Assembly (NCBI GenBank): GCA_964016885.1
Contig: OZ024743.1
Coordinates: 70,990,001 to 71,054,000 of the forward strand
Source of the DNA: Eledone cirrhosa
Taxonomy: Eukaryota
Reading direction: 5' to 3'
Length of the DNA: 64,000 nucleotides
The notes beneath the pieces were generated by a model. It did no database searches. It was not told where the DNA came from and saw nothing but the letters and a program-made list of their open reading frames with translations. Shown here piece by piece: positions 27,160-40,962 of this stretch (positions are counted from its first letter, which is position 1; the number at the start of each line of letters is the position of its first letter). The position numbers and the translations under genes were made by a program.

Positions 27160-27720
27160 TTACAGCCCTGTTACAAACCTATCACAGTTGTTTCATATGT
27201 GTCACAACCTGTGATACATTGCTGTCACATATATGTTACTGTGATGTTACATATGTGTCACAGCTGTACCATATGTGTCATAACCTGCAACACATTGCTG
27301 ACAAACACGTCACAAGCTTGTTACATACTTTTCACAGCTGTACCATATGTGTCACAACTTGTGACACATTGCTGACAAACATGTCACAACCCTGTTACAT
27401 ACTTTTCACAGATGTACCATGTGTCACAACCCATGATACACATGTCATAGTTCTGTTACTTACTTGCCACATTTGTTTTATAGTGTCACAACCTGTGATA
27501 CATTACTGTCACAAAGATGTTGTAGTCCTGTTATCTACTTATCCAGTTCTACATGTGACAACCTGTGATACATTACTATCACAGCCATGTTACATACATG
27601 TCCCAGCTCTACATGAGATACATTGCTGTCACATCCCTGTTACATACTTGTCACAGTTCTACATGTGACACATCACTGTCACAACACACACACATGTCAC
27701 AGCTTTGTAACATACTTTTA
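27160..27720. repeat. degenerate minisatellite (tgtcacaacctgtgatacattgct)
   Basis: recurrent tgtcaca/tgtgaca/tgttaca words. Confidence 0.7.
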
Positions 27721-28719
27721 ATAGTTCTCCCGCATGTGTCTCAACCTCTGACCCAATACTGTCCTACCAACCTCATAATCCTGATACAGAGTTTTATATT
27801 TGTTCAACATGGTTTATATTCTTCATATATCTGTCAAACATTAAAAAAAAATATTATTTGCTGTTTGAATGCAACAGATATCCATTTTGTAATAAGTATT
27901 ATATTTAACATAATAAATAATGTATGGGTTATTACATTACACACACACACAGGTATATATATATGTATATATATGTGTGTGTGTGTCTGTATACACACCT
28001 ACTGACTGATCACCATATGTTCTATAATGAATACAGTATGATGTATATATATATATGTAAGTATATATATATATATATATTTATTTTTTCTAAGTAGTAT
28101 AGTGCTTAATCATTTAAAATTTGTTATAAATATGTTATAAATACTATGGTAGCCGTAGAAAACCTGCCAGACAGTCCTATACAAGCGAGACATGGTCACC
28201 CAACCAATCTTGCCTCAAGTAGGACAATTCCCGTCTAAACCCATGCTAGCATGGAAGATAGAGGTTAAACGATGATGATGATGACGATATATATACATAT
28301 ATACACACAAGTACTTAATGATATATATATATATATATATTAGTTTAGGGAGGTTTTTTATATGAAATCGTGTGTCGAAACAAATATTGTTATACTTGGG
28401 GAGGGTCATATTTGTGTAATATTGCCAGAAAAAATGGCGTAGACATACAACACAACAGGAGGAAAAAATATAACACCACTGACGATGTTGCAGATGTGCA
28501 ACGAAAGATTTATGTAAATTATGTAAGCTATATATATGTGTTTGTGTCTATATTGTATCTGTATTATTTTTGACCGTCGGTCAGTCAATGGCAACATTGA
28601 GGACCGATTAAGTTAGATCGCAGATATAAAAGACAGCGAGAAGCGAAAACCAACCAAACAGTGAGTGTGTTCTGTTATTAATTCTGGCAATATTACACAA
28701 ATATGACCCACCCCAAGTA

Positions 28720-28758
<39 letters not shown>

Positions 28759-28805
28759 TAAGTACTTGTATGTATATATATATAATATATATATCATTAG
28801 TACTT

Positions 28806-28839
<34 letters not shown>

Positions 28840-29174
28840 GATAAATAGTTGTGTAAAAGTTAATCTCATGTCAATGTCAACTATTTTTTACCTTAAAATT
28901 TGAACTACATTGTATTAGCACTGCTTCACTGGAAGTCTATTCAGTATTTAGTTATACCATTAGATGTATTATACAATGGAGGACTTACATGTTGCCATCA
29001 CATGGAAGTAACTCTCATGCCTTATAGGGATTTACATGGAGAAATGTGTATTAAGATATATTTTCAGTCAAACAATTGTTTTTATATCATATCTGGTTTT
29101 GCTTAATTAATCACTTCTTTCTAGTATAATTAATATCTTTTTGCTAATTGCATAAACTTTTCATACCATTTCAG

Positions 29175-30213
29175 GAAGACCGTCCAACAGGTTTCAGTAT
29201 CTTAAAATTTGAACTTACTGATGATGATTTGGCACCAAATGGTGCCCCTTTCACCTTTGACATTGTCTCAGGTGTTGGAAAAGAGAGGTTTCGAGTAGAC
29301 AACGACGGCAAGTTGCTAACTGTTCGAGATCTCAACCAGAGCATTAAGGACCGCTACGAACTGACCATTAGAGCCTTTGACAGTGGAAGCCCTCCTTTGT
29401 ACTCCGATGCAACTGTAACCATTGAGGTAACTGAGGAGAGTACAGTGCCTCCCAAAATATCCAACCTGGAAATCTCAATAAATTCCTATCAAGATAAATT
29501 CCCTGGTGGAATTATTGGTAAAGTCTCTGCTGAAGATCCAGACATTCATGATTCCCTTAAATATAGTATTGTCTCATCAAATCTTCATCTGTTTGACATC
29601 CATGAGGACGATGGACGTATCATAGCTAAGCCAGGTCTAGACGCTGGCCGATATGTCGTAAGTGTGAGTGTTTCAGATGGTAGGTATGTATCTTACGGCA
29701 GAGCCATCGTTGATGTTAGTGTTACCACTGACGAGATGGTCAAAAACGCCATCACCATTCGCCTGGGTAATATCCAGGCTGAGGATTTTTTGAAGCAGCA
29801 GTCAAGAAACTTTGTCAAAGTTTTGAAGAATGAGTTATCTGTCCGGGCTAGGGACATCGAAATAATCAGCCTACAACCTGCAGATATTAGTACAGGTGCA
29901 CAGAGCAGGCGCAAGAGGTCCACATCTGAAGATCTTGATGTTCTGTTTGCTGTGAGGAAGTCCCATAATAGTTTCATTCGTGTGAACACATTACGAAGGA
30001 AAATTCAGAATGCTACCCCTAAAATACAGTCAGCACTCAACCTAAAAGTCATGAAAGTATTTAGTGATGTCTGTGAAAAAGATACATGTGATACAGGATC
30101 TTGTGTTGGGTTTGTGGACTTTGACAAGGAGAACCCTATTGTTACTGAAATTGGTGAACGTAGTTTTGTCTCACTGAAGTACCGATACACATATGAGTGT
30201 AAATGTCTTGATG
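29175..30213 (+). CDS. FAT1: Fat-like protocadherin exon: last cadherin repeats plus membrane-proximal non-cadherin/Cys-rich region
   Basis: tttcag|GAAGAC; NGAPFTF, GGIIGKVSAEDPDIHD motifs typical of FAT1-type terminal repeats; donor G|gtaagt. Confidence 0.97.
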
Positions 30214-30384
30214 GTAAGTTCAACTTCTTTCTAATTCTCTCCTGTTTTCACACTTTATTACCGTAACCATAATTTTTTTTCACTAAATCTGCAAAGCTCT
30301 GTAGGATATAGCAATGTTTATGTACGGATTAGATTAAAAGAAAATGTTTTGCTCTGTTCGAACTTTATTATCTTAACTATAGGT

Positions 30385-30567
30385 GGATTGGCAGTATCAG
30401 TAGAGGGTTGGACGCCATGCTTTCCACCATAGTTACGTCCCTTTACGATCTGAGTTCAAATCCCGCCGAGGTTGACTTTGCCTTTCATCCTTACGGGGTC
30501 GATAAAATAAAGTACCAGTAATACACTGGGTAATTTGCTGGCCTTGTGCCTAAAGTAGAAACAATTA
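30385..30567 (+). mobile_element. tRNA-derived SINE family A, representative of about 25 copies or fragments (others start near 4009, 15134, 23310, 23531, 36170, 36380, 41980, 44601, 49780, 50780, 51018, 51651, 57345)
   Basis: TGGCAGTATCGGTAGAG A box, GAGTTCAAATCC B box, conserved GCCTTTCATCCTTACGGGGTCGATAAAATAAAGTACCAG centre, (TTA)n tail. Confidence 0.9.
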
Positions 30568-31851
30568 TCTTAACTATAGGTGTCATGACAAAAAGCACCC
30601 AGTCCACACTGTAAAGTGGTCATGTAGGTGTCACGTCAAAATGCACCCAGCCCACACTGTAAATGGTCATATACATGTCACAACAAATAACACCCAGCCA
30701 GCACTGTAAATGTGGTTGATGATAAGAAGGGCATCCGGCCATAGAAACCAAGCCAAAGTCAGTTCTGTATGAGCAAGACATGGGTCATCTCACAGGTGGA
30801 CAGCTCGTCTAAACCATACTTGTGTGGAAAAATGGACGTTAAACAATGATGATGATGATGCTTTTTCACTAGAGCTGCAAATCTCTCTATGACTTAGAGT
30901 CGTTTATGTATGGATTAGATTAGAAATACAGAAAATGTATATGAAAGACTTTCAAGCATCTCTGCTTAGCTTCACCTACTTGTAAATGTCTTCTCTGTTC
31001 AACCTTTTTACCTAAGCCATAGCTGGTAGTGCCAGAACCATGATAAAATGTTCCCAGTACATGCTCTAAAGTGGTTGGTATTAAGAAGAGCATCAAATTG
31101 TAGAAACCAAGCCCAAAATGGAACATATGAGCAATACAAGGCCACCTGACTATTCTAGCCTCAGAAGGTTACAACCCATCTAAACCATACTATCATGGAC
31201 AATAGACATTAAATGGTGATGATGGCGGTTGTTTTTCATTAAATCTGCATATGTCAGTATGACATGGAAATGTTAATGTAAGGGTTAGAGTTACAGAATA
31301 TGTGTATCTTATTAATTCCAGATCAATTCTGACTGAGCAGTCCTATCATAAAAGCTATTCTTGCCATGATCATTCTGATTTTTTTATGAACAGTATGTAT
31401 CTAGCACCACATTATCTAAAATCTTCCTCCCATCTCTATAGTAACAAATTTAACTTAAGAGGGATTTGGCTGCAATTTTTAACAGATTGAGCAACCAGAA
31501 AGTTTCCCTCATTGGTCAGTATGTGCATTCAAATATAAATATGTATACATATCATCATCCTCACCGTATGTAGTGGTCATGTAGGTGTCATGACAAAAAG
31601 CACTCAGTCCACACTGTAAATGTTGTTGGCATTAGGAAGGGCATCCAGCAATAGAAGTCTAGCCAAAATTTGTTCAGGGTGAGCTAGAGACAGACATCTG
31701 CTCTGGCCTGGCTTAAATCTGGACAACTCTTCTAACCTCGTTAATGTGGAAAAATTGATGTTAAACGACGATGATATATATTGCATTATATATTGCATTA
31801 TATATAGTATTTATAATTGACTGATTACTATCTACACACTATGTTTTCCAG

Positions 31852-32022
31852 GTGATTGTATGTGGTACTCTGACCCCTGTATTGGCCATCAATGTCCTCA
31901 CTATAAGGTGTGTAAAGCTTCTGATGTGTCTGGGCCACAGTGTACCTGCCCAGAGGGAAAGACTGGGCTGTATTGTGACAAGGACTTACCCCCAGACTGT
32001 GTTCAACATGGATGTTATCATG
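31852..32022 (+). CDS. FAT1: Fat-like protocadherin exon: EGF-like domain
   Basis: ttccag acceptor, gtaggt donor; DPC...CTCPEGKTGLYC; phases 1 to 1. Confidence 0.92.
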
Positions 32023-32134
32023 GTAGGTACAAATTTCTTCAGGTTACTTCCACACACATCAAACGTAACATATCTTCTGTACCTATGTGTAAGTGTGTGG
32101 GCATACCATATCATGACTCTATCTATCTATCTAT

Positions 32135-34260
32135 GGTTAGTCAGGAAGGATGAGAATAAGGGGGATGACATAAGCAACTTCCGGCCCATAACTCTGCTAA
32201 ACACAGAGTTACAGATTTTGGCCAAGGTGTTGGCAAAGAGGCTGGCGCTTGTCATCGAAAACCTGGTGGGAGAAGCGCAGACATGCGCAATCCCGACCAG
32301 GTCCATACATGACAACCTCCACCTCATGTGATACATCATAGAGAGGGTAGGGTGTAAACCCGGCTTCGGTGGTGCCCTGATCAACTTGAATCAGTCTAAG
32401 GCTTTCAATAGGGTTGACCATCGTTACCTGGATGCGGTGCTTGAGGCAGCAGGCTTCGGACCCGTGTTCAGGGGCTGGATTGCTACAATGCACAGCAGCA
32501 ACATCTGCTCAAGGGTCAAGGTGAACAGCTACCTCTCGGAGCCGTTCCATATCACGCGATCCATCTGACAGGGATGCCCCCTCTCCTCCCTTCTGTATGT
32601 ACTGACTCTCGAGCCACTACTGCAGAGGTTGGAGCTATTGCAGGGGATCCCTTTGGAACTGGGACTGCGTCAGAGTAATGGTGTCGAGCACCTCGCAAAT
32701 CGGGGAGGTCGGCACCTTACTGGAAGAATACAAAAGGTTCACAGGAGCGAAGCTGAACCGGGACAAATCCGTCGGTTTGCAACTCAGAATGTGGAGAGGC
32801 AAACCGATGCTTTCCGGTGGCGTCGTCGGGCGCTGGACAGAAGGACCGGTAAAGCTGCTCAGGGTCTGGTTTGGTCCGGACCTCCAGGTGGAGAAGAACT
32901 GGAATGAGGTGACGGCCAAGGTGTTTGCACTCACCCAGAAGTGGGCCGAGTGCAAACTATCCTTGAAAGGTCGAGCGGAGGTGGCGAACACTTTTATAGC
33001 GTTCGTCATCTACTACCGCTTGAGCGTCGTGCCTTGTCCAGCCAAAACGCTCACCAAAATAGAGCACACACTCTTCCAATTCCTTTGGAAGAAACGGGCT
33101 CCTTTGGTGAGTAGATCCATCTGCTGCCAACACCTTTCCAACGAAGGGCTGAGGATGCCGTGGCTGATGATGCGCAAACACGCGCTCAGGCTGCGGCACC
33201 TCCACATATTCCTCACCGGACAACCGGTGTGGGCCCCGTTTGTGAGGCGAGCCTTCCCATGACTCGTCTCGCTGACCGAGCTGCAGTCCTGGGTCAAGCA
33301 AAGACCGAGGAAAATGGGCGACTGGCACATCGAATGTGCTCAGGTGCTCACAGCCCTCTGGCAGGCGAACCCGGCGATCAGTGGAGACTCCACTTCGACA
33401 TTCTATAGAGGGTTGGTCCGCAGCAAGTGCGACGAAGCACTCGGAGAAACTCTAGGCATAGAGGAGGACGAACTGGCCAGTCTGTTCAGTAGGACCTTCC
33501 GCCTGGGACCAATAGACAACTTCCAAAAATCCCTGGCCTGGCAGTGCTACCAAGGAGCTCTACCAGTTCGAGACAAGCTCTACAGACACGGGTGCCGGGG
33601 CAGGGGCCCTTCGAAAAAGATCTGTCCGAGATGCGTGCGTGACGAGGAAACCGTCGCGCATGCATTTGTACACTGCCTGGGCGTTACCGACCTGTGGGGC
33701 TATGTAGAACGACTATTGTCGCGGATGAGACCAATCCAGTTGACCACCGAGTCCATTGTCATGATCAAACCGCTACCCTCCTTCAAAAACGAAGGAGAGG
33801 CGGTTTTCCTATGTGTTATGGCTATGCTGAAAGAGGTTATACAGTGGACGAGGTTAAAAGGGCTGAGGTCAGACATATTTCTCTCCGGCGAGCAACTGAT
33901 TCGTTTTTTCAAATATCATTTTGGAAGAAGAATCAGGATGGAGAGAGAGGTGCTGTACCCCAGCAAATTTTATAAAAGGTGGGTGAATGTGGCAAAGATG
34001 GCCCGAGTGGTTGGGCCTTCTCTCTATATAAGCCTGTAGGTTGAGGAAAAAGAAGGGAGTACTTGCTCTTGGTGCTCCTGGAGATGAGGGTTGTACATTT
34101 TTTCGGAGTGTGTACAACCCCTGTGTAACGCCTCCCCCTATTGGGGATTTCAATTGTTATTTTTTATTTTATTAATAGTTTTATTTTCATATACCTGTAT
34201 GTAAACTCCCCATTTGTATTTGTCCCCTTCTTTTGTGCGCTTGTGGCTAATAAAAAATTT
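32135..34260 (+). mobile_element. L1/Tx1-clade LINE, 5'-truncated and degenerate ORF2
   Basis: NFRPITLLNTE, KAFNRVDH, QGCPLS, C-terminal CPRC...ETVAHAFVHC knuckle; AATAAA at 3' end; in-frame stops. Confidence 0.92.
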
Positions 34261-34484
34261 ATCTATACACACACACACACACACACACACACATAAGGAC
34301 ATCCAGCTGTAGAAATCAAGCCAGAATCAGTTCCAGTATGAGCAAGCCAAGGTCAGCCGACCGGACACTGCCTGCAAATGGGCAACCCATCTAACCCATG
34401 CTAGCATGGAAGAACGGATGTAAAATGGTGATGATGATACTATAAGGAACAAGGATTTAGTTTTGCATCATCACATATTTAATA

Positions 34485-34576
34485 ACATATTACATATGTT
34501 TCACTATTGATCAGCTTGAGGCAAGACCTATTATAGATTGAACCTGACACTGTAATCAAAAGATCGTCAGATATGC
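34485..34576 (-). ncRNA. hammerhead ribozyme motif with extended stem II
   Basis: minus strand GCATAT-CTGACGA-TCTTTTGATT...GATCAATAGT-GAA-ACATATGT-A-ATATGT; perfect 8-nt palindromic stem III, GUA triplet, 6-bp stem I. Confidence 0.65.
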
Positions 34577-34864
34577 TTAGTATATGAGTTTGTCTCTGAT
34601 TCTGTGTCTATATATATGTATATATATATGATTTCATGTAAATGAAACAATTCTGGTCCTGTAGAAGTCATTTGTGTATAAAATAAATATGCTTCTTTTC
34701 TAACATATTGAGAGCCCTATTTAATTGTGGTCTCTTTCTGATCCTGTTCTGAAAACCATCCTTAATTATAGACAAGCATTAAAATAATATATTTCTTCAT
34801 TGTACTGTGTCGTTTGTTTTTTTATTTCTGTTGACAGAGACAGAGAGGGACACAGATATATATA

Positions 34865-35755
34865 CAGGGTGCGGACGATATTTGTTCGCAAGATTACTGT
34901 CTAGGAAAGAATAACACAGTAGTTTTATTTTTTAAGATATATTTATCAAACTTGGGTCAGTTTGTCTTCATGACTTGTTCTTTCGATCTCACTCGATAAA
35001 CCCGCCATTGGCTTTGATGACGGCCTCAAGGCGGCTTCGGAACCGGCTACAGGCCTTCGTCACTGTCCCCCGAATTAGGTCCCTAAAGGCACTTGTGATC
35101 CTGGCCTTCAGATCGTCTTTCGTATTGCAGCTAGATCGGTTGGTGTCTCATTCCACTGCGCCCCCACACAAAGAAGTCGAGGGGGTTGCAGTCAGGCGAG
35201 CTGGGAGGCCAGATGTCAGGTGAAGTGTGGTCGACGAAGTTCTCTGACAGCCAGGCTTGGGTCTTTCGGCTGGTATCGCAGGGCACTGAGTCTTGCTGCC
35301 ACACGTATGGCCTACCTGCAACTACCTGGTCGATCCAGGGCTTAACTACCTCACTCAGAACGCAGATGTACCATCGGTGTTCAGCTTGAGGCCCTCAGGG
35401 AAGAAGTGATGTGGCATGACATCATCTTGACTGCTGACGACACCTAAGACCAATGTTGTCGCTGGAAACATTGTCTGCATGACTCTGGGCACGTCTTTGG
35501 ATGAGACAGCGAGCCACCTGTTGTTCTGGGAGTTGATCTTCTGGTCCTTATTTGTCCACCCGGCACGGATTCCAAGAAGAACTCCGTGTCTCTTCCACAA
35601 ATTTGGAGGTTCAAAATTATTCATAATCAATTATTCTGAAATAAAATAATGGAAATATAGTCACTGTTTTTATGAAGACAAGAGTGACAACGGAAGAAAA
35701 AAATTTGCATAAAATTAGCAGTTGAAAATTGCGAACAAATATCGTCCACACCCTG
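34865..35755 (-). mobile_element. Tc1/mariner DD37D (maT) transposon, internally deleted
   Basis: 27-bp TIRs CAGGGTGYGGACGATATTTGTTCGCAA with TA flanks; WQQD-x37-D (WPPSSPDCNPLD) on minus strand. Confidence 0.92.
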
Positions 35756-35945
35756 TATATGATAGATTTATGTGTAATTATGTATATTAAATATATACAA
35801 GCCTCACTATGAGAGTTTTAAGCTGTGATCATATCACACCTTTCTCAGTAGTCCAATGAGAAGGCTTATATACTTCTTTGTATAAAACATTTGCTGGAAA
35901 TGTTCATTTTCATATAGTACATGAATGTTGTTTAATCTTTTGTAG

Positions 35946-36109
35946 ATAATAAACCATTAACATTTGCTGGTCGTAGCTTTGCTCGATGGACGTTGGTGGA
36001 TAAACACGGCTTTGAGAACAGGTTAAGTGTTTCATTGAAGATAAAAACCCATCAGAAAAATGCCAACCTCATGTTTGCTAGTGGTTCTGTGGATTATAGT
36101 ATTCTTGAG
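35946..36109 (+). CDS. FAT1: Fat-like protocadherin exon: laminin-G N-terminal part
   Basis: tgtag acceptor, GAG|gtaaaa donor; PLTFAGRSF...MFASGSVDYSILE; phases 1 to 0. Confidence 0.93.
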
Positions 36110-36837
36110 GTAAAAAACTTCATTTTACAACTTTATTATTATGCCAAAAGTAGAAACAATTATTATAGAGCATCAGACACCATGCTTTGCAGCATAGAGT
36201 TATGGCCCTTTATGGTCTGAGTTCAAATCCCGCCAGAGTTAACTTTGCCTTACATCCTTACGGGGTTGATAAAATAAAGTACCTGTCATGCACTGGGGTC
36301 GATTTAATCAACTTTCCCCTCCTCCAAAATTGCTGGTCTTGTGCCTATATAAGAAACCATTATTATCATTAAGGGCGGGGGATTGGTAGTATTGGTAGAG
36401 GGTCGGACGCCATGCTTTGCAGCACAGTTACATCCCTTTATGGACTGAGTTTAAATCCCGCTGAGGTTAACTTTGCCTTTCATCCTTACGGGGTCGATAA
36501 AATAAAGTACCAGTAATACACTGGGATAATTGCTGGCCTTGTGCCTAAAGTAGAAACAATTATTATTAAGGCTGGTGGTTTGTTAGCATCTCTTTACATT
36601 CTGTGTTGAAATCTTGCTGAGGTTAACTTTACCTTTCATCATTCTGGGTTCTATAAAATAAAGTACAAGTCTGGGTTTCATGTAATTGACTTATCCCTCC
36701 TAAAATTACTGGCCTAGTGCCTAAATTAGAAACCATTATTTGGTCAGTCATGTTGTCAAAGCCTGGAGCAAAACCAAGCCCCCAAAACGACCATTATTGT
36801 AAATAGATATTTGTTTTGTTTCTGTTTCTAACAATAG

Positions 36838-37243
36838 CTGGACAATGGCATGGTGCAGTACAGGTTTGAATGTGGCAGCGGTGTTGGAAGAGTGCAGCTA
36901 CCAAGGAAAATCAGTGATGGTGAATGGCACACAATATTCGTGGAACGTTTGGGAAAAACGGCTACAATCAACCTGGACGGCCGTTATACGGCATGGTCGA
37001 GCGCTCCAGGTGAACACGATGTCCTCAATTTGGGCAGTAACAACATATATTTTGGAGCCGAAGTCGAGACATTCCCTAATGGCTACCGCAACATAAAGCG
37101 TGGCTTTGAAGGGTGTATGGAGGACCTGCGTTTGCACAATATTCGTTTGCCATTCACAGATCGCAATGCTGTTGCTACCTCACAGGAGTTTCATAAGATC
37201 GAGTTTAACTGCAAGAATAACATTTGGGAGAAGGATGAAAATG
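36838..37243 (+). CDS. FAT1: Fat-like protocadherin exon: laminin-G domain
   Basis: aatag acceptor, G|gtaatc donor; QYRFECGSG, SDGEWH, GFEGCM motifs; phases 0 to 1. Confidence 0.94.
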
Positions 37244-37471
37244 GTAATCGCCTTTATGTTATTATAGTTGTTGTTGTTGTAGAAACTCGGTCTGCGAAGA
37301 CCTATCCAATCTTTGCCAGTAGAGAAAGTGTATTGGATGTTAAATGATTGTGATGATATAAATATATATATATATATATTATAACAATGACGAAGAACTG
37401 TGACAAGTAGAGAGATGGTGTGGTAAATAGGACCCGTCCCACCCTTGCAAGCAGGGAAAAGCGGATGATGA

Positions 37472-37520
<49 letters not shown>

Positions 37521-37526
37521 GGCATA

Positions 37527-37842
37527 TGAAAGCACATGGCTTAGTGGTTAGATCATTGGCCTTGCAATTGAAAGGTTGAGTTCAATTCTTAGGCCGGGTG
37601 ACGTGTTGTTTCCTTGAGCAAGACACTTTATTACACATTGCTCCAGTTTACTCAGCTGTAGAAATGAGATGATAGGGACTGGGGTCCATATCATTCCACT
37701 GCAAAGTGGTCGTGGAGACTCACTGTAAATGAGGTTGGTGTTAGGAAGGGCATCCAGCTGTAGAAATCAACCCAGAATCAGTTCCCGTCCCACCCTTGCA
37801 AGCAGGGAAAAGTAGACGTAAAATGATGATGATGATGATGAT
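37527..37842 (+). mobile_element. SINE family B copy
   Basis: near-identical to 8171-8508. Confidence 0.9.
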
Positions 37843-38360
37843 AGTAATAATAATTACAAAGACCAAAATCCAAAGAGGACTCATTAAGTATTATATATAT
37901 ATTTATAAGTATATATAAACCAGTAGAGCAAATATTTATTATTAGTAGAGATTAAAGGTTTAAGCAGTTTCGGGTGAAAACAGTAATTTACTGTAATATA
38001 TAATATTACAGTAATATATAATATATAATATTACATATATATATATTTATATTTGTGTAATTTGCCTCCTAAAGACATAACTTATCTCTACCTGTTTTGT
38101 TATATCCCAATGTGCGCTGGAATGAACAGTATTGACCTTAATGCACCAAAACCATTGTGATTTCCAGAAGTTGACTGAGAAGAAGGGACTGTCCAGCTTG
38201 GTGTTGTTTTTTTTCCATTGCCTTTGTTCTATGTGCTCCCTATTTTGAAGTTAGATTCTAAAGATTTAGTCATGCGTGCATTTTTTGAAACTCTCACAAT
38301 ATATATGTATATATATATATATAGTATTTGTACTCTGAAATAGTGATGTATACATGAATT

Positions 38361-38419
<59 letters not shown>

Positions 38420-38904
38420 ATAATAATAAATTTGAAGACTAAATCCAAAGAGGGCTCGATAAGGATAAATATATATCAAATATATAAGAACCGTAGAGCA
38501 AATATTTATTAAAATAACAGATTAAAGTTTAAGCAAAGAATAGCTGCTTTCACCCTTAATGGGATATTAAGAAGATCCCGTTAAGGGTGAAAGCAGCGAT
38601 TCTTTGCTTAAACTTTAATCTGTTATTTTAATAAATATATATATATAGGGATAGAGTGAGATAGAGAGAGAACATGGTACATTTAACGTTCTGAATACTT
38701 TGCAGTATTTAGTATTTGACATAGATCTCTTAGCTCAAGGCTGATCTAGTGCTACACAGCTATAACTTTACACTCTATAGAGAAAGAGACAATGTGAGAC
38801 ACTTGATTTACCATATCATACCTGTCTCTAAATGTACCTTTGTTATCATTACTCAGCTACCTGTTTATCTTCATGTTTCTCTCTATTTTTCCTCCCTCTT
38901 CTAG

Positions 38905-39054
38905 ATCCTTGTTCTGCCTTCCCATGCCTCAATGGAGGACAGTGTGTTCCATCCAGCCACAAGAGCTACACTTGTGTATGTAGCCCACGTTTCCAAGGAC
39001 TAAAGTGTGAAGTTGATACCAATCCATGTGCAGATAATCCATGTCTAAATGGAG
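38905..39054 (+). CDS. FAT1: Fat-like protocadherin exon: EGF repeats
   Basis: ttctag acceptor, gtaagt donor; PCLNGG twice; phases 1 to 1. Confidence 0.94.
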
Positions 39055-40164
39055 GTAAGTGAACACCCCCTACCCACACCAACAACACCCTCAACATTTC
39101 AACCCCTCCAACACCACCAAGACTACCCAATACTACCAACACTACCAAAACCACCAACACTCCAACATCCCCAACACCACCAACACCCCAATACCACCAC
39201 CACCCCAACTTCACCAATACCATCAACACCCCAACTCCACCAACACCCCAACTCCACCAATACCACCACCACCCCAACTCCACCAATACCACCACCACCC
39301 CAACACCACCAACTCCACCAACACTACCAACACCCCAACTCCACCAATACCATCAACACCCCGACACCCAAACACCCATGAGGATCAACTATTGTAGATG
39401 TCCTACATACATGAAATGGAACTCTGTTCATTAATAAAGTACTAGCGAAATAATAGGTCCTCCTCTCTTGAATTGCTGGCCTTGTGCCTTCTCAATTAAA
39501 AACCATTATTTAGGGGAGTATGTTGGCAGAATCCTTAGAACATCAGACAAAATACTTTGTAGTATTTAGTTATGGCCTTTAACGTTCTGAGTTCAAATCC
39601 CACCAAGGTAAACTTTGTCTTTATCCTTCCACGGATGATAAAATAAAGTACCAGTTGAGTATTGGGGTCTTCTGCCAATGTTAGAAAGAATTATTATGTT
39701 TATATATTAACTAATTAAATCAGTGAATCGGCTCTTTACTTTGAGTTCAAATTCCGCTGAGGTCAACTTTGCAGTTTGTCCATTCAAGGTCGATAAAAAA
39801 GTACCAGTCAAGTACTAGGGTCAATCTTCCTCTGTATCTCACTTCCATTTTCTCACTCCTATCCTTCTCTGGAAGAAATCTACTGTATTCAGACCTGGAG
39901 AGATTATGGGCCCTGCCAGGCTTAAAAAGCTCAAGAAATGCCATATGTCAATATGGTTCCTCTACGACTCCCTCAAAAGTAATGGGACCATGTATTATGT
40001 TTATATATTAACTAATTATTATTAGCAGAATATAATAAACCAAGTGTTAAAAAATAGTTATAATTTGTCCCAAGCCATCAGGTTCATCAGTCCAGTGCTT
40101 ATCACCAGTTAGCCACCAGCTATGGATGGTACTCACTTTCAACTGAGTGTAGTGGAGCAATATG

Positions 40165-40962
40165 AAATGAAGTGTTTAGCTGAAGAACACAATGTGAAGT
40201 GTTTAGCTGAAGAACACAATGTGAAGTGTTTAACTGAAGAACACAATGTGAAGTGTTTAGCTGAAGAACATAATGTGAAGATGTTAGCTGAAGAACACAA
40301 TGTGAAGTGTTTAGCTGAAGACAATAATGTGAAGTGTTTAGCTGAGGAACATTGTGAAGTGTTTAGCTGAGGAACATTGTGAAGTGTTTAGCTGAGGAAC
40401 ATTGTGAAGTGTTTAGCTGAAGAACATAATGTGAAGTGTTTAGCTGAAGAACATAATGTGAAGTGTTTAGCTGAAGAACATAATGTGAAGTGCTTAGCTG
40501 AAGAACATAATGTGAAGATGTTAGCTGAAGAACATAATGTGAAGATGTTAGCTGAAGAACATAATGTGAAGTGTTTAGCTGAGGAACATTGTGAAGTGAT
40601 TAGCTGAGGAACATTGTGAAGTGTTTAGCTGAAGAGCATAATGTGAAGATGTTAGCTGAAGAACACAATGTGAAGTGTTTAGCTGAAGAACATAATGTGA
40701 AGATGTTAGCTGAAGAACACAATGTGAAGTGTTTAGCTGAGGAACATTGTGAAGTGTTTAGCTGAGGAACATTGTGAAGTGTTTAGCTGAAGAACATAAT
40801 GTGAAGTGTTTAGCTGAAGAACACAATGTGAAGTGTTTAGCTGAGGAACATTGTGAAGTGTTTAGCTGAAGAACATAATGTGAAGTGTTTAGCTGAAGAA
40901 CATAATGTGAAGTGTTTAGCTGAAGAACACAATGTGAAGTGCTTGTCTGAAGAACACAATGC
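40165..40962. repeat. 27-bp (and 26-bp variant) minisatellite inside a minus-strand family-B-like SINE
   Basis: about 30 units of tgtgaagtgtttagctgaagaacacaa; SINE sequence continues on both sides. Confidence 0.92.
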
